Shown one piece after another: positions 39,879 to 50,441 of a stretch of 64,000 bases of DNA. Made by a program: the position numbers and the translations under genes. The stretch spans positions 384,001-448,000 of the forward strand of contig CAVRJO010000001.1 in NCBI GenBank assembly GCA_963722255.1, given 5' to 3'. The stretch's first letter is position 1. Every line of letters begins with the position of its first letter. The notes under the pieces are model-generated. The model had not been told where the DNA came from, did no database searches, and worked only from the letters and a program-made list of their open reading frames with translations. This DNA comes from Candidatus Babeliales bacterium (GTDB lineage: Bacteria; Babelota; Babeliae; Babelales; JANWKD01).

Positions 39879-40463
39879 ATGAAGAATAGTAAAAAATTTC
39901 TACTTATATTTATTCCATTATTCGTATCATCCTATGCTTTGGGTATGGAAAAATCTTTAGAAGAGCGGATAAAAAACCTGGAGGATAAAGTTGCTTTACT
40001 GGAAAAATCAAGCGAAGCACCAACCTATGAAAAATGTTCTCCAGATGGAAAAAATTGTAAAAGAATTACTCAAAAAAAAGCTTCTACTATAATCCGTAAA
40101 AAAGGGAAACGTCATAGAATAAGAAGATGTCGCGGTAGTCGTTGTGATTGGTTGGCTGGTCATGGAAATGTACAACAAAAATTCCAAGAACTACAAAAAA
40201 AATATGGAATAAAACCATTAACTTCACAAGAATTTGCTGCGGTACAAGGTGGAAAGCAACAACCGGGAGTAACACAGGCACAATTCAATAAACTTCGATC
40301 ACAAATTAATGAACTGTTATCAAGCAAAACTGCAACTGAAGAAGAAATAAACAAAAAAATTGATGAATTTGCACGATTAAATCCTGCGCGTAGACCTTCT
40401 CCTGAAGATTATAGAGAAGTTTTAAAAGCAAAAATTGAAGCAGAACGAGAAGAAGTAGAATAA
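39879..40463 (+). CDS. Hypothetical secreted basic protein with NLS-like stretch
   Basis: AAGGGGG SD; signal ALG|MEKS; RKKGKRHRIRR; two Cys pairs. Confidence 0.75.
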   Translation: MKNSKKFLLIFIPLFVSSYALGMEKSLEERIKNLEDKVALLEKSSEAPTYEKCSPDGKNCKRITQKKASTIIRKKGKRHRIRRCRGSRCDWLAGHGNVQQKFQELQKKYGIKPLTSQEFAAVQGGKQQPGVTQAQFNKLRSQINELLSSKTATEEEINKKIDEFARLNPARRPSPEDYREVLKAKIEAEREEVE

Positions 40464-40469
40464 GAATTT

Positions 40470-40508
40470 AATAATGATTGTTGCTCGGCAAGAGCAACAA
40501 TCATTATT
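40470..40508. terminator. Bidirectional terminator
   Basis: 17-bp stem aataatgattgttgctc/gagcaacaatcattatt. Confidence 0.8.
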
Positions 40509-40551
40509 GCAAATTAATAAACCTAACGAAAAATGCTTATTCTTACTAAAA

Positions 40552-41106
40552 CTAACTCTCTATAAATCCCGCAATTGGCCAAGGATTTGTAAAATCTAAA
40601 TGAAAATCAGATAATGGCTGATGATGCACTAAAAAATGAATCATTTGAACTTTAATACCATTTTCTCGAATAGTTTTTAACAACCCCTCAACCCACATTA
40701 ATTTTGCATACGTTGATTGATTTTTGGTAAAAGGATTACGATCAAAGGAAATGTATGCTTCGCAACCGGATGGAGATACTAGTACCGATTGCAACGATAC
40801 CTTTTTTTCCATAACTTTTTCTTCATCAAGTAAGGCTAACCAGCATGTTATCACATGAATCAAGGTATCTGCTTTATCATCAGACCACAAAAGTTCTGTC
40901 TCTTCAGCATGCCATGCATCATTGTTCCAATAAAATCGCGTTATACGTTTTTTTGTAATCTGAACGACATTCTGCTGCTCTTTCTGTGTTGCATTTTTTT
41001 TTGGTAGATTGATAATAATCCATTGTTGATTATAGGCAAAGTAGCAGAATGAAAAGAGCATACAACCAACGCCGCTTAGTACCCAATATAGTAGATGATT
41101 CTTCAT
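40552..41106 (-). CDS. Membrane-anchored protein, GerMN-like
   Basis: N-terminal TM; AYISF...VEGLLKTI...IHFLV pattern; coupled to amidase. Confidence 0.5.
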   Translation of the reverse strand: MKNHLLYWVLSGVGCMLFSFCYFAYNQQWIIINLPKKNATQKEQQNVVQITKKRITRFYWNNDAWHAEETELLWSDDKADTLIHVITCWLALLDEEKVMEKKVSLQSVLVSPSGCEAYISFDRNPFTKNQSTYAKLMWVEGLLKTIRENGIKVQMIHFLVHHQPLSDFHLDFTNPWPIAGFIES

Positions 41107-41774
41107 AAAGCAGTATCCAATACTGATAATACCTGCAGCAAACTCTGCATAAGAGGAGTTACATATAAACTCCATTGATCCTTTTTTTTCAAACTTATTT
41201 CAATGCCAATTGCCGGACCAACAATACCTATTAATGGTTTAAAAGGTACTCCAATTGTCCCTTTATATTCAAAAAGTGAAGCATACGATTTTTGCTTTAA
41301 AGATTGTTCTAATGCAGTTGCTATCTTTTTTGTCGTAGAAAGCTTCGTTCGATGTGCCTTATCATAAGGAATAAAAGCAAGGTCAACGGTTGGTTTTTGC
41401 CAACAATCAGTACTATCGTTAAGAAAATAATAAACAAAAAGCTCAGGCTTTGGCGCATCTTCATAATAAAAATGAAAACTTACATAAAGATCAACGTCTA
41501 ATCTATTTGCAAAACTTGCATTCTGCAAAGGTTCTAATGATTCACCGGGAAATCGTGTTAAAATAACTCGTAATGAAGGATCATGAATCTCAAGATATTT
41601 TTTTAGCTTTTCAGCAAATTGAAGCGTAATTCCTCGCTCAAAAGAATCTTCGATTATCCGCCCTGCATGTTTAGCATCACCGGCCGGATCGAGCATAAGA
41701 GTAAATTGCCGCGCACAAGAGATCTGAAAAAGTATGCTCCAAAAAAATAGTTGTAGAAATTTTTTTATCGACAT
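41103..41774 (-). CDS. N-acetylmuramoyl-L-alanine amidase (Amidase_3-like, atypical first Zn ligand)
   Basis: LDPAGD, ERGITL, VILTR, FANRLDVDLYVSFH, AIGIEI. Confidence 0.8.
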   Translation of the reverse strand: MSIKKFLQLFFWSILFQISCARQFTLMLDPAGDAKHAGRIIEDSFERGITLQFAEKLKKYLEIHDPSLRVILTRFPGESLEPLQNASFANRLDVDLYVSFHFYYEDAPKPELFVYYFLNDSTDCWQKPTVDLAFIPYDKAHRTKLSTTKKIATALEQSLKQKSYASLFEYKGTIGVPFKPLIGIVGPAIGIEISLKKKDQWSLYVTPLMQSLLQVLSVLDTAL

Positions 41775-43949
41775 GCCAAATCACTCGTTAGATACTGTTG
41801 TAAAAAGGTAACTCTCTTCATCATCTTATTATTTGTTACTGCCATGGCAACGGCCTTTGGCTGACCTATGATAATACAAAGTCTTTTAGCTCGTGTAATT
41901 GCAGTATAAAGCAGATTTCTTTGTAAGAGCATATAATGCTGCATAAATAATGGAATTATAACTGCTGAATATTCTGAACCTTGGCTTTTATGAATCGAAA
42001 GCGTATATGCTAAAACAAGCTCATTAAATTCATCAAACTCATATTCCACACTCCGTTCAAAAAAAATAACACTCATTTTTTTTTCTTCAAAATCAAGACC
42101 TTCAATAGTTCCACAATCACCATTAAAAACAGATTTATCGTAATTATTGCGAATTTGCATCACACGATCACCTACTTTAAAAATGGTGCCACCAAATTGG
42201 ATTGAGGGTCGATCTGCATGAGAATTCAAAAGAAGTTGCAGATCTTGATTTAGTTTTATTGTTCCTGCAATACCTCTATTCATAGGCACCAATACTGTTG
42301 CATCATCAGGAGCTATGTTAAAAGTTTTAAGGGTTGTCGAAAATATTTTTTTAAGATGCTCAATTACTAGTTCCGGTTTTTCTTCCTTGATAAAAAAGAA
42401 ATCTTTTTTTACATCGGGTAAGTATGAAATAGGAAATTCACCATGATTAACCTTATGTGCATTAACAATAATCATACTGTTCTGCGCTTGCCGAAAAATC
42501 TGTGTCAGCCGCACTATCGGGAATTTTACCGCTTGCAATCATATCATTCAAAAAGTTACCCGCCCCTACTGAAGGCAACTGATCACAATCGCCTATAAAA
42601 AGAACGTGTGCATGAAAAGGAACCGCTTTCAAAAGAGCAAGCGCCAAAAAAATATCGATCATTGATGATTCATCAATAATTAAAAAATCCAATTGCAAAG
42701 CATTTTTTTCATTATGCACAAAGCTCATCGTACCTACATCAAATTCAAGCAAGCGATGAAGCGTCATTGCATAGCGCCCCGTCCCCTCAATAATGCGTTT
42801 TGCAGCGCGCCCGGTTGGTGCTGCTAAACGATAAGTACAGGAATTTTCATCAAGAATTTCCAGTAACTTTTTAATTAGTGTTGTTTTACCAGTTCCCGGG
42901 CCACCCGTTATAACGGTTACCTTATTTTGCAAACAGGTCATTATACCATGCTGCTGATCTTCATTAAGGCACAGCGTTATGCCATCGTCACACGAAATTT
43001 TTTTGTACACCGCATCCAGATCAAACGATTTTTCTGTTTTTTGCTCCAATAAATTGTGCAATTTTGCCGCTACTCCTTTTTCAGAAAAATAATATTGTGA
43101 TACAGTAATATAATGATTATTTTCATAGGAAATAAGTTTAATTTTATCTTGATCATAGAGTTGATGTAGCGCCATTTTTAAAAGATCGGTACTTTCTTCT
43201 TCTAAAAGCTCAAGCAACTCTATCGTCTGTTTTTTGAGATCATCAAGCACACAATACAAATGCCCCTTAGTGGTTGCTTCACTGATTACAAAAATCATCG
43301 CAGCTTTAATACGTTTGACCGAATTTTTTTCTAAACCAAGCTTAAGAGCAATCGCATCCGCTGTTTTAAAACCGATACCCCATATATCTTCTGATAACCG
43401 ATAGGGATTATCAGTAACCAATGCGATCGATTCTTTACCATATTTTTTATAAATTTTGAGTGCATGCGCTGTGGAGACTCCTTTGTCTTGCAAAAAGACC
43501 ATAAGGTTTGAAATCTCTTTTTGATCATGCCATGCGGTAATAATCTGCTCAAGCCTTTTTTGTCCAATTCCTCCAACCTCTTTAAGTCGTTCCGGAAATT
43601 GATCAATAATAGTAAGAACTTGTGCACCAAAATAGTCAACCAACTTTTCTGCGTATACTTTTCCTATACCCTTAATAAGGCCTGAACCAAGATATTTCTT
43701 TAATCCAATGATCGATTCGGGTAGTTGTATTGAACAGCTGTGAATCTCAAATTGCCGGCCAAACTTCTGATGCATGACCCAGACACCCTTCAAGCATACT
43801 TGCTGGCCCGGTTGAAGATGCGATGCATTACCCTTTGCTATAGCAGAACTTTTATGCAATAAGGTAAGAGCGACAATGGCAAAATTGCTCTCCTCATTTT
43901 TAAACAAAATCTTATCAACAGTTCCAATAAGTTCTTCAATTTGGTTCAT
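41765..43949 (-). CDS. recD2: ATP-dependent RecD2-like helicase (single frameshift near 42520)
   Basis: GIGFKTAD, GGPGTGKT, APTGRAA, IIDESSM, GDCDQLPSVGAG, LTQIFRQA, GDRVMQIRN, SIHKSQGSEY, LLYTAITRA. Confidence 0.93.
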
Positions 43950-44114
43950 AAAAGCACTTTTTTAAACACTAAAAATAGAGAGTATCATAGTATAGAGTAC
44001 CATTTTTAATTTTTTTTTATATTACGGCTTTCATTGCGTTTGATTGACTATTTATTATAATTACTTACGATATAACTAATTTGTACAATTAATTTTATAC
44101 CATAAGGATTTTTT

Positions 44115-45209
44115 ATGAAAAAAACTATTATTGCTCTAGTCCTTTCTTTAAGTTTTTTAAATACATCAGTTTATGGAATGGAGAAGAAAGCACCAAAAGC
44201 TGAAAACCTAACCCCTGAAGAAATATTTGAAAGAATATATCCATGCATTATTGATGAAGAAACAGCTTTGAACGCAACAGTAAATGTTAAGCCATTTCAA
44301 CCAGCTTTACAACCACTTCTTCATACCTGGCAAGTTAACTATGCTCGAGCTGCAAATAACAAAAAATTTTCAGAATCAGATATTTTAGCGGAGATTAAGC
44401 TATGGACCCGCATAACAGTAGAACAACCGTCTAATCCTATATATACATCCCCATTACATAAAGAAACAAACTCTGACAGAAATTCTTATCAGTTCCGAGA
44501 ATTTTTTATGAAATTAGCCTCAACAATTTATGTAGCAAGTGATGCTATTGCATTTTATAAGACATATGATGTAATTCGCCAAAATGAAGACATTATTGAT
44601 CAAATATTAGAAAGAAAAGAGTCTTCTCATTCTGCACCTGAAGGTGGTGAAAAGGAAGAGAAAACGTTTCGATTCCAAAAGACTAATGTATGGGAAGTGT
44701 TAACAAAGGGCTATCCAAAATTAAATGCTAGTGCAAATGTTGCAGAATTTCTGAATCATTTGTCTTTAGATTTTAATGAAGGAGTGTATGTGGTTGAGCA
44801 ATCTCATGATATAAGACTGTCGCCACAATCTACACGAGAAAAAGATTCCACCGATGAAAATATAGATGGACTCTCTATTTTGAAACTTATCAAAAAAAGG
44901 TTTCCTGGAAAAAAAATAGAATCGAACAATCCAAGATTACTTGATAATCTCAAGGAATCAATGTTCAGAACTGAAAATGATACGGTAATGATCAACTTTG
45001 CTAGCATTACACACAAACCAATAGAACCCAAAACCGAAAAAGAAGCAAACAAAAAACAAGCTCCTCTTGAAAACACCTCAAATACCAATAACACGGCAAA
45101 AAACAGCTCTAAATTCACACCTAACTCTTTTGCTTGCGGTGCTCTAACAACATTGGGAATTGTTGGCATTTGTTATATACCAAAATTATATCATTGGTTT
45201 CGCTCATAA
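44115..45209 (+). CDS. Hypothetical secreted protein with C-terminal TM anchor
   Basis: AAGGA SD; signal VYG|MEKK; C-terminal hydrophobic helix. Confidence 0.75.
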   Translation: MKKTIIALVLSLSFLNTSVYGMEKKAPKAENLTPEEIFERIYPCIIDEETALNATVNVKPFQPALQPLLHTWQVNYARAANNKKFSESDILAEIKLWTRITVEQPSNPIYTSPLHKETNSDRNSYQFREFFMKLASTIYVASDAIAFYKTYDVIRQNEDIIDQILERKESSHSAPEGGEKEEKTFRFQKTNVWEVLTKGYPKLNASANVAEFLNHLSLDFNEGVYVVEQSHDIRLSPQSTREKDSTDENIDGLSILKLIKKRFPGKKIESNNPRLLDNLKESMFRTENDTVMINFASITHKPIEPKTEKEANKKQAPLENTSNTNNTAKNSSKFTPNSFACGALTTLGIVGICYIPKLYHWFRS

Positions 45210-45219
45210 ATAAATTGTA

Positions 45220-45255
45220 AAGAGGTCATAGTATTACGCTATACTATGACCTCTT
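45220..45255 (+). terminator. Intergenic hairpin/terminator
   Basis: aagaggtcatagtat/atactatgacctctt. Confidence 0.7.
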
Positions 45256-45278
45256 ACTATTAGCTGAAAGAATTTCCT

Positions 45279-45809
45279 ATGCGTATAACAATTTTGGCAC
45301 CATGCATCATCATATTTTTTTCACTGGCTCTTAATGCAATGGAAGAATCAAATGAAGAAAGTCATACAGCGTTAAGCTCTTCTTCTATCAATACTGTAGT
45401 AGATGACACACAAAAAACTCAGATTTTTTTTGGTACGCTAGAAACTATACCATTTCTTATCAAAAATGGAGCATCAATTGCACACCATGATTCTCGTGGA
45501 TATTCTGTAATCGATCATTTCATTTTTGAAAGAAAATTTCTAGAAGCAGCGTGCGCATTAGAACATGCGGATGAAAAAGCGGCAAATGAAGCAATCTCAA
45601 AAAAGACAAGCTATTTATTCACCGACCCCTACAACCATGTGCTTGAATTTTCTGATAACGATGAAATTCAAATTCATAAAATTCTTTATGAAAAGTCAGT
45701 GGTGATACAAGAAGGCGTCCTGGGACACTTTCCAAGAATTCTTACCATTCAAGACTGGATCGCTCTTTTTAAAATCATGGCTCCTTATTGCCAACGGCTT
45801 AATTATTAA
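45279..45809 (+). CDS. Secreted protein with ankyrin-like segment
   Basis: Signal LNA|MEES; IPFLIKNGASIAHHDSRGYSV. Confidence 0.6.
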   Translation: MRITILAPCIIIFFSLALNAMEESNEESHTALSSSSINTVVDDTQKTQIFFGTLETIPFLIKNGASIAHHDSRGYSVIDHFIFERKFLEAACALEHADEKAANEAISKKTSYLFTDPYNHVLEFSDNDEIQIHKILYEKSVVIQEGVLGHFPRILTIQDWIALFKIMAPYCQRLNY

Positions 45810-46705
45810 AAATTTATCCCTGCAGTCCACCATGCCAGAATGATCCGTTTAACATTAAATTCATTGAACCGCAGCTCAAATCCATACGAGATTCCCCATG
45901 AGATAGCTGCATGGTAATTATTGATCAAAAAGCGATATTTATAATCAAAATAAAAACTATGTGCGCTATAAGCAAAATCTTTTGCCACGTCATCAAGCGA
46001 TGGCGAAATGGTTGCACCAAAGAAAAAAGTTGGGTTATAGCCAAATGAAACTCTATGTTTTTCTGGTTGCGTGCTAATACGCATCAAAACAATCAAGTCA
46101 GCCAGATTACCAGCACTAAATTTAAAACGCGTACCGCTAACTGTTTGCCTTCTTGGAAAGAAATGAATAAATCGTCCCGCCATCCTGATTGAGTAGCCAG
46201 GATTAAGCTCAGAAAAATTAAAAGCTCCACTGAGTTGTGCTCCTAACCCAACTTCACCATAACCAAATTGAGGATTTACAATTGATCTATCCTTATGCGT
46301 TGGTATGCCAAAAAGAACGGAAAGCGTTCCCTTTGTTCGTTCATTTGGTTCAAAACTATAGCCAGAATAGATAAGAAGGTCGTCAGTTTCTGCCTTTGAA
46401 AGATGTAAATCAATGTTTTTTGCTTGCACTTGGGCCGCTGCCCAATCTATTCGTATATAGAAGGGATCTGAAACATGAATATAGGTCGCCATACCTCCTG
46501 CATAATCTTCACGTTGACCAGTGTACTGATGTCTGTAAAGATTAAATGCTAATAATGAAGCAACCGAATAAGGCCCGGTAATTTCAGTGCGATGCCGTTT
46601 CGTTGTTTCTGCGATACGAAAGTTATAAACAATTGAGGTAACGCATATAAGATACGGAACATAACAAAAAGCCGTATAAAAAATTATAAGTTTTTTGATC
46701 TTCAT
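45806..46705 (-). CDS. Putative outer-membrane beta-barrel protein, paralog 1
   Basis: Signal peptide, alternating aromatic strands, C-terminal Phe (AGINF). Confidence 0.65.
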   Translation of the reverse strand: MKIKKLIIFYTAFCYVPYLICVTSIVYNFRIAETTKRHRTEITGPYSVASLLAFNLYRHQYTGQREDYAGGMATYIHVSDPFYIRIDWAAAQVQAKNIDLHLSKAETDDLLIYSGYSFEPNERTKGTLSVLFGIPTHKDRSIVNPQFGYGEVGLGAQLSGAFNFSELNPGYSIRMAGRFIHFFPRRQTVSGTRFKFSAGNLADLIVLMRISTQPEKHRVSFGYNPTFFFGATISPSLDDVAKDFAYSAHSFYFDYKYRFLINNYHAAISWGISYGFELRFNEFNVKRIILAWWTAGINF

Positions 46706-46720
46706 ACTTCTTTCTTTTAC

Positions 46721-47617
46721 TTAAAAACTAAAACTCCACAAACCCCATACTGTTATAATGCGTTTGTTACCAAATTCTCTTGGCTCAAAATCAAAGCCAT
46801 ATGAAGCTGCTATCGCTAATGCTGAGGGGTGCATCTTTATATTAAATTTATATTTATAAACACCAAAAAAGCTATTACGTTTAAACTCTGATTGTTTAAC
46901 TGCATCAACAAGATCAGGAGTAATGGAGCCACCACATAACAATGTTGGGTTATACCCAATATCACAATGACTATTTCCAAATTTGATATGTAATGCAACA
47001 TAGAGATCTACTAAGGTACCTAAACTAAAATGGTAACTCTTTGAATCTATCTGTACATTCCGTTTAAAAAAATGAATAGCACGCGCAGCAACGCGCAATG
47101 AATAATCTTTAGTGTGTTCAGAAAAAATAAATGAACCATCGAATTGGCCACCAAGTCCTACTTGGGCAAATCCAAATTGAGGCTCAATGATACTGTGATC
47201 ATTATGTGTCGGAACGCCAAAAAATCCTGAAATAGTACATTTTGATCGCTCATTGGGCGCAAAGCTATAACCCGCAGAAAATAAAAGATCATCAGTTTGC
47301 GTTTTTACAAAAGTACCATGATCCGCATTAACTTGCGCAAATGCCCAGTCAACACGTGCATAATAGGTTTCAGGACTATAAATATAACTCACCATGTTTC
47401 CACCATAATTGTGGCGAGCTCCTGAATATTTATTCCTAAATTGATTAAATGGCGTTAACGCTAATGTTGACGGGTGTTCACCATTTTTGTCAAATGCTTG
47501 TCGCTTGGTGGTTTCAGCAATCTTTATGTTGTAAACAATTGAGATGCTACTGTATAGTTGAATAAAGTAAACTAAACAAACAACTGCTAGTAATGTTTTT
47601 ACTTTTAACACAAACAC
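46721..47617 (-). CDS. Putative outer-membrane beta-barrel protein, paralog 2
   Basis: Shares SIVYNxxIAETTKR, TDDLL, FGxPTH, PQFG, GYNPT with paralog 1; ends WSFSF. Confidence 0.65.
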   Translation of the reverse strand: MFVLKVKTLLAVVCLVYFIQLYSSISIVYNIKIAETTKRQAFDKNGEHPSTLALTPFNQFRNKYSGARHNYGGNMVSYIYSPETYYARVDWAFAQVNADHGTFVKTQTDDLLFSAGYSFAPNERSKCTISGFFGVPTHNDHSIIEPQFGFAQVGLGGQFDGSFIFSEHTKDYSLRVAARAIHFFKRNVQIDSKSYHFSLGTLVDLYVALHIKFGNSHCDIGYNPTLLCGGSITPDLVDAVKQSEFKRNSFFGVYKYKFNIKMHPSALAIAASYGFDFEPREFGNKRIITVWGLWSFSF

Positions 47618-47659
47618 CTAATTTAGAAAAATTTAAACAACACATCATCACGAGGAACT

Positions 47660-48619
47660 CTATTTTCTCTTGGCTTTCTCCTTAGCCTCAAATTCAGCGC
47701 GTGCTTTTTCGCAACTATAGTAAAGTGCTTCTAAAAAATCAGTTAGATCGGTACAAAATTCATCCAAAGCACGGCAACTTGTCATCTTCTTTTGAAAAGC
47801 TACAACTTCTTGGCCTTCATCTACATTTGACCACTCAAGCAAAAAGCTATAGGGCCTACGATATTTCAAACAAAACTCTACTACTAGTTTTAACATCATG
47901 CTTTTAGTCCCTTCCATCTTGAGTGCGAATGGTTCATTAGCAGTAACAAAATCTTTGATTGCCATTTTCAGACAAGGAATCAAAGCCATCATTTTTTTCT
48001 GATACGTATCAGTTATTTCTTTTAATTCTTTAAGATAAGCATTTTTGTTTTTAATGTGTTTATGCTTTATCTCTTCTTCTTTATTAATAATAGTTTGTTC
48101 ATGCTGCCTTGTAACTTCTAATTGCATTTTAGTAAACTCGTATTCACATTCATCAGGATCTGAAATAGAACGTTTAATATGCTCACATTGTTCAACTATT
48201 TTTTTATCTATAGCTTGATCCAATGAAGATTTTACCATAATCCATTCATCCTTAAATGATTTTACATTTACATACTTTGCTTCCAATGCAGCTTTTTGTT
48301 CAGTAAATTCCTTGGTAAGAGCGCGTTCATAATCAGCAAGCCAATGTAAGGTTCTTACCTCTTCTTCAAAAGGATAAAATCCAACAAATTTTTTAGTTGA
48401 AGGATCTTGTATACCAAACTGAATTTTACGGATTTCACGTCGCACATGCAAAACGTCTCCCATGGCAACTGCATCTAATGCATAGGGTTTATTATCAAGC
48501 CACTTAATTATGGGACTCGTTAATCTAGGCTTTGAAGATGGAGGCGCATATACTAAACTACTCATTAAACAAGGAATAATCAGTGCTTTTTTCACAAAAA
48601 TATTTTTCATAGAAATCAC
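47660..48619 (-). CDS. Secreted helical/coiled-coil protein
   Basis: Signal ending VYA; K/E-rich central region. Confidence 0.7.
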   Translation of the reverse strand: MISMKNIFVKKALIIPCLMSSLVYAPPSSKPRLTSPIIKWLDNKPYALDAVAMGDVLHVRREIRKIQFGIQDPSTKKFVGFYPFEEEVRTLHWLADYERALTKEFTEQKAALEAKYVNVKSFKDEWIMVKSSLDQAIDKKIVEQCEHIKRSISDPDECEYEFTKMQLEVTRQHEQTIINKEEEIKHKHIKNKNAYLKELKEITDTYQKKMMALIPCLKMAIKDFVTANEPFALKMEGTKSMMLKLVVEFCLKYRRPYSFLLEWSNVDEGQEVVAFQKKMTSCRALDEFCTDLTDFLEALYYSCEKARAEFEAKEKAKRK

Positions 48620-48645
48620 CTTTTTTAATTAAAAAAAATTGTTCT

Positions 48646-50247
48646 TTAAATAGCTGCAGAATAACGAAACGATAGAGTAAAATCTCTCCCTATACCGCTA
48701 TTCAAAATTGTATAATCACCATATACGGTAAGATTCCAATCAAACCAATCGCCATCTTCTCGATAATAACAAATCGTTCCAAAAATTTTATTTTGAAATT
48801 CACCCGGACGCGTTGCAATATCAGTGCGAATATTAGCTATTTGCAGTGGGTTAGCATGAATTGGTCCTAAACGTTCTCGATCTTGCCACCATAAATCATA
48901 GCCGATTCCAAAAGACCATGTTTCTCCAAAATAACCGCTCAGTTCTGATGCAAATCGTACAATAAATCCCGGATAAATACTGGTAGAATATACTTTTGGA
49001 ATGAATGTATCAATAAGTTGCATATTTAAGAAAGCTAACTTTTCAGGAGCTTGAGCAGGATCTGCACCTTCTTCCGTCGTGTAAGGCTCTCGTGCAGTGA
49101 ACTCTTGAGGAAACTTCTTTGTTATATAAAATCTTCTTTCAGATGAAGGGAAAAGATATTCTATTTCTCCTCGAGTTGTAATCTTAAATCGTTCATTCAA
49201 TGGCAAGTCGTTCTCAAAAAAGAATCCGGCACCAATATGACCACCATTACCCATGCTTACCTGCAAAAGATTTGCTGATAATTTATCAAAAGCCGAGACT
49301 AGAAAATCAATTGAAAGCTGTGTTACAAGATCAGTATTGGGCGGTGTTCCTAACGCTAATTGAAACAACGAAAGCAGATCAAATGGACAATGCTTTGAAT
49401 TTTTATTAAAATCTCCACCAATCAAACCTCGCTCAAAAGCAAACGCCGTAGGAAAGGTCATTAAGGCACCAACATTTAAACCAAAATTTTCTTGATCAAC
49501 TAAAAAACAACCCGCACAAACACGAGTGTCACCAAGCCCAAAGGCATCACTGACAAAATGCTCATGAAGCTCTTTTCTACTTGTTGATCCTGAATTATCG
49601 GTATCAAAAAAGTTTGAGTTCATAATGAGAGCCTGTTCCTCAGGCGTTACAAAAAAATTACGTTCATTATAATAAAATGGTGTCCTTAATTCTAGATTCC
49701 AAGAATCCCAAACACCAAAAGCACCAAACAGAAAACCTGTTCTACGCTCTTGCATTTTTAACAAACCAAGCAAAGCAATGGCATCCGGAATATTAATACC
49801 AAAATCATCCTCATCAATATCACGAATGATATTTTCATCATTGAGGTTCCAATATGAGGTAATATTGGTCCCTGCTTCAGTAAAATTATCAAGACTTGTC
49901 TGATTATAAAAAAACCAAGCACTGCCTTGAACACCACATTCAGGCAAGCAAAAATCATGCAAATAATTAAAAGGATAATCTAAAAGGGAACGACGCCGTT
50001 GATTTGCGGGAAATGTGAATAAGTATAAATTTGTTTGAAGCCTATCTTGCAATAACAAGGGTGGTGCTGCAATAAAATCAAGAACATCCTGCGCAGTTAT
50101 ATCACTCCCTGCCCGCACAACAAATTTCCATGGTACACTATCTGCTAAAGCATCTAATTCATCAATTTCATATTCAGCAACAAGCTTATTGTGCACGAGG
50201 ACGAGTAATAATCCCGCGCATAAGGCTTTACCTACATTTTTCTTCAT
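48646..50247 (-). CDS. Putative outer-membrane beta-barrel protein (large)
   Basis: Signal peptide; amphipathic strands; GLGD and GNGGH motifs; ends FTLSFRYSAAI. Confidence 0.55.
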   Translation of the reverse strand: MKKNVGKALCAGLLLVLVHNKLVAEYEIDELDALADSVPWKFVVRAGSDITAQDVLDFIAAPPLLLQDRLQTNLYLFTFPANQRRRSLLDYPFNYLHDFCLPECGVQGSAWFFYNQTSLDNFTEAGTNITSYWNLNDENIIRDIDEDDFGINIPDAIALLGLLKMQERRTGFLFGAFGVWDSWNLELRTPFYYNERNFFVTPEEQALIMNSNFFDTDNSGSTSRKELHEHFVSDAFGLGDTRVCAGCFLVDQENFGLNVGALMTFPTAFAFERGLIGGDFNKNSKHCPFDLLSLFQLALGTPPNTDLVTQLSIDFLVSAFDKLSANLLQVSMGNGGHIGAGFFFENDLPLNERFKITTRGEIEYLFPSSERRFYITKKFPQEFTAREPYTTEEGADPAQAPEKLAFLNMQLIDTFIPKVYSTSIYPGFIVRFASELSGYFGETWSFGIGYDLWWQDRERLGPIHANPLQIANIRTDIATRPGEFQNKIFGTICYYREDGDWFDWNLTVYGDYTILNSGIGRDFTLSFRYSAAI

Positions 50248-50441
50248 CTATTACTTTCTTAACTTCAATATCAATCATTGTTAACGCTTTACCAAATTCA
50301 AAGCTCCTAAATTGGTTATTTATCTTACTGTATTTTTATTCGTATGACAAAAGAAGACAGATCATAATCTTTTTATTATTATTCTTCTATGCTAATCTTT
50401 CTAAGAAGTCAAAAAAATAATCATAAAAAAGGTTAACGCAG

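Noticed and set aside
41765..43949. recD2, M3 copy B and the Gly-rich gene as split gene pairs
   Set aside because: Each is restored by one base; treated as single genes
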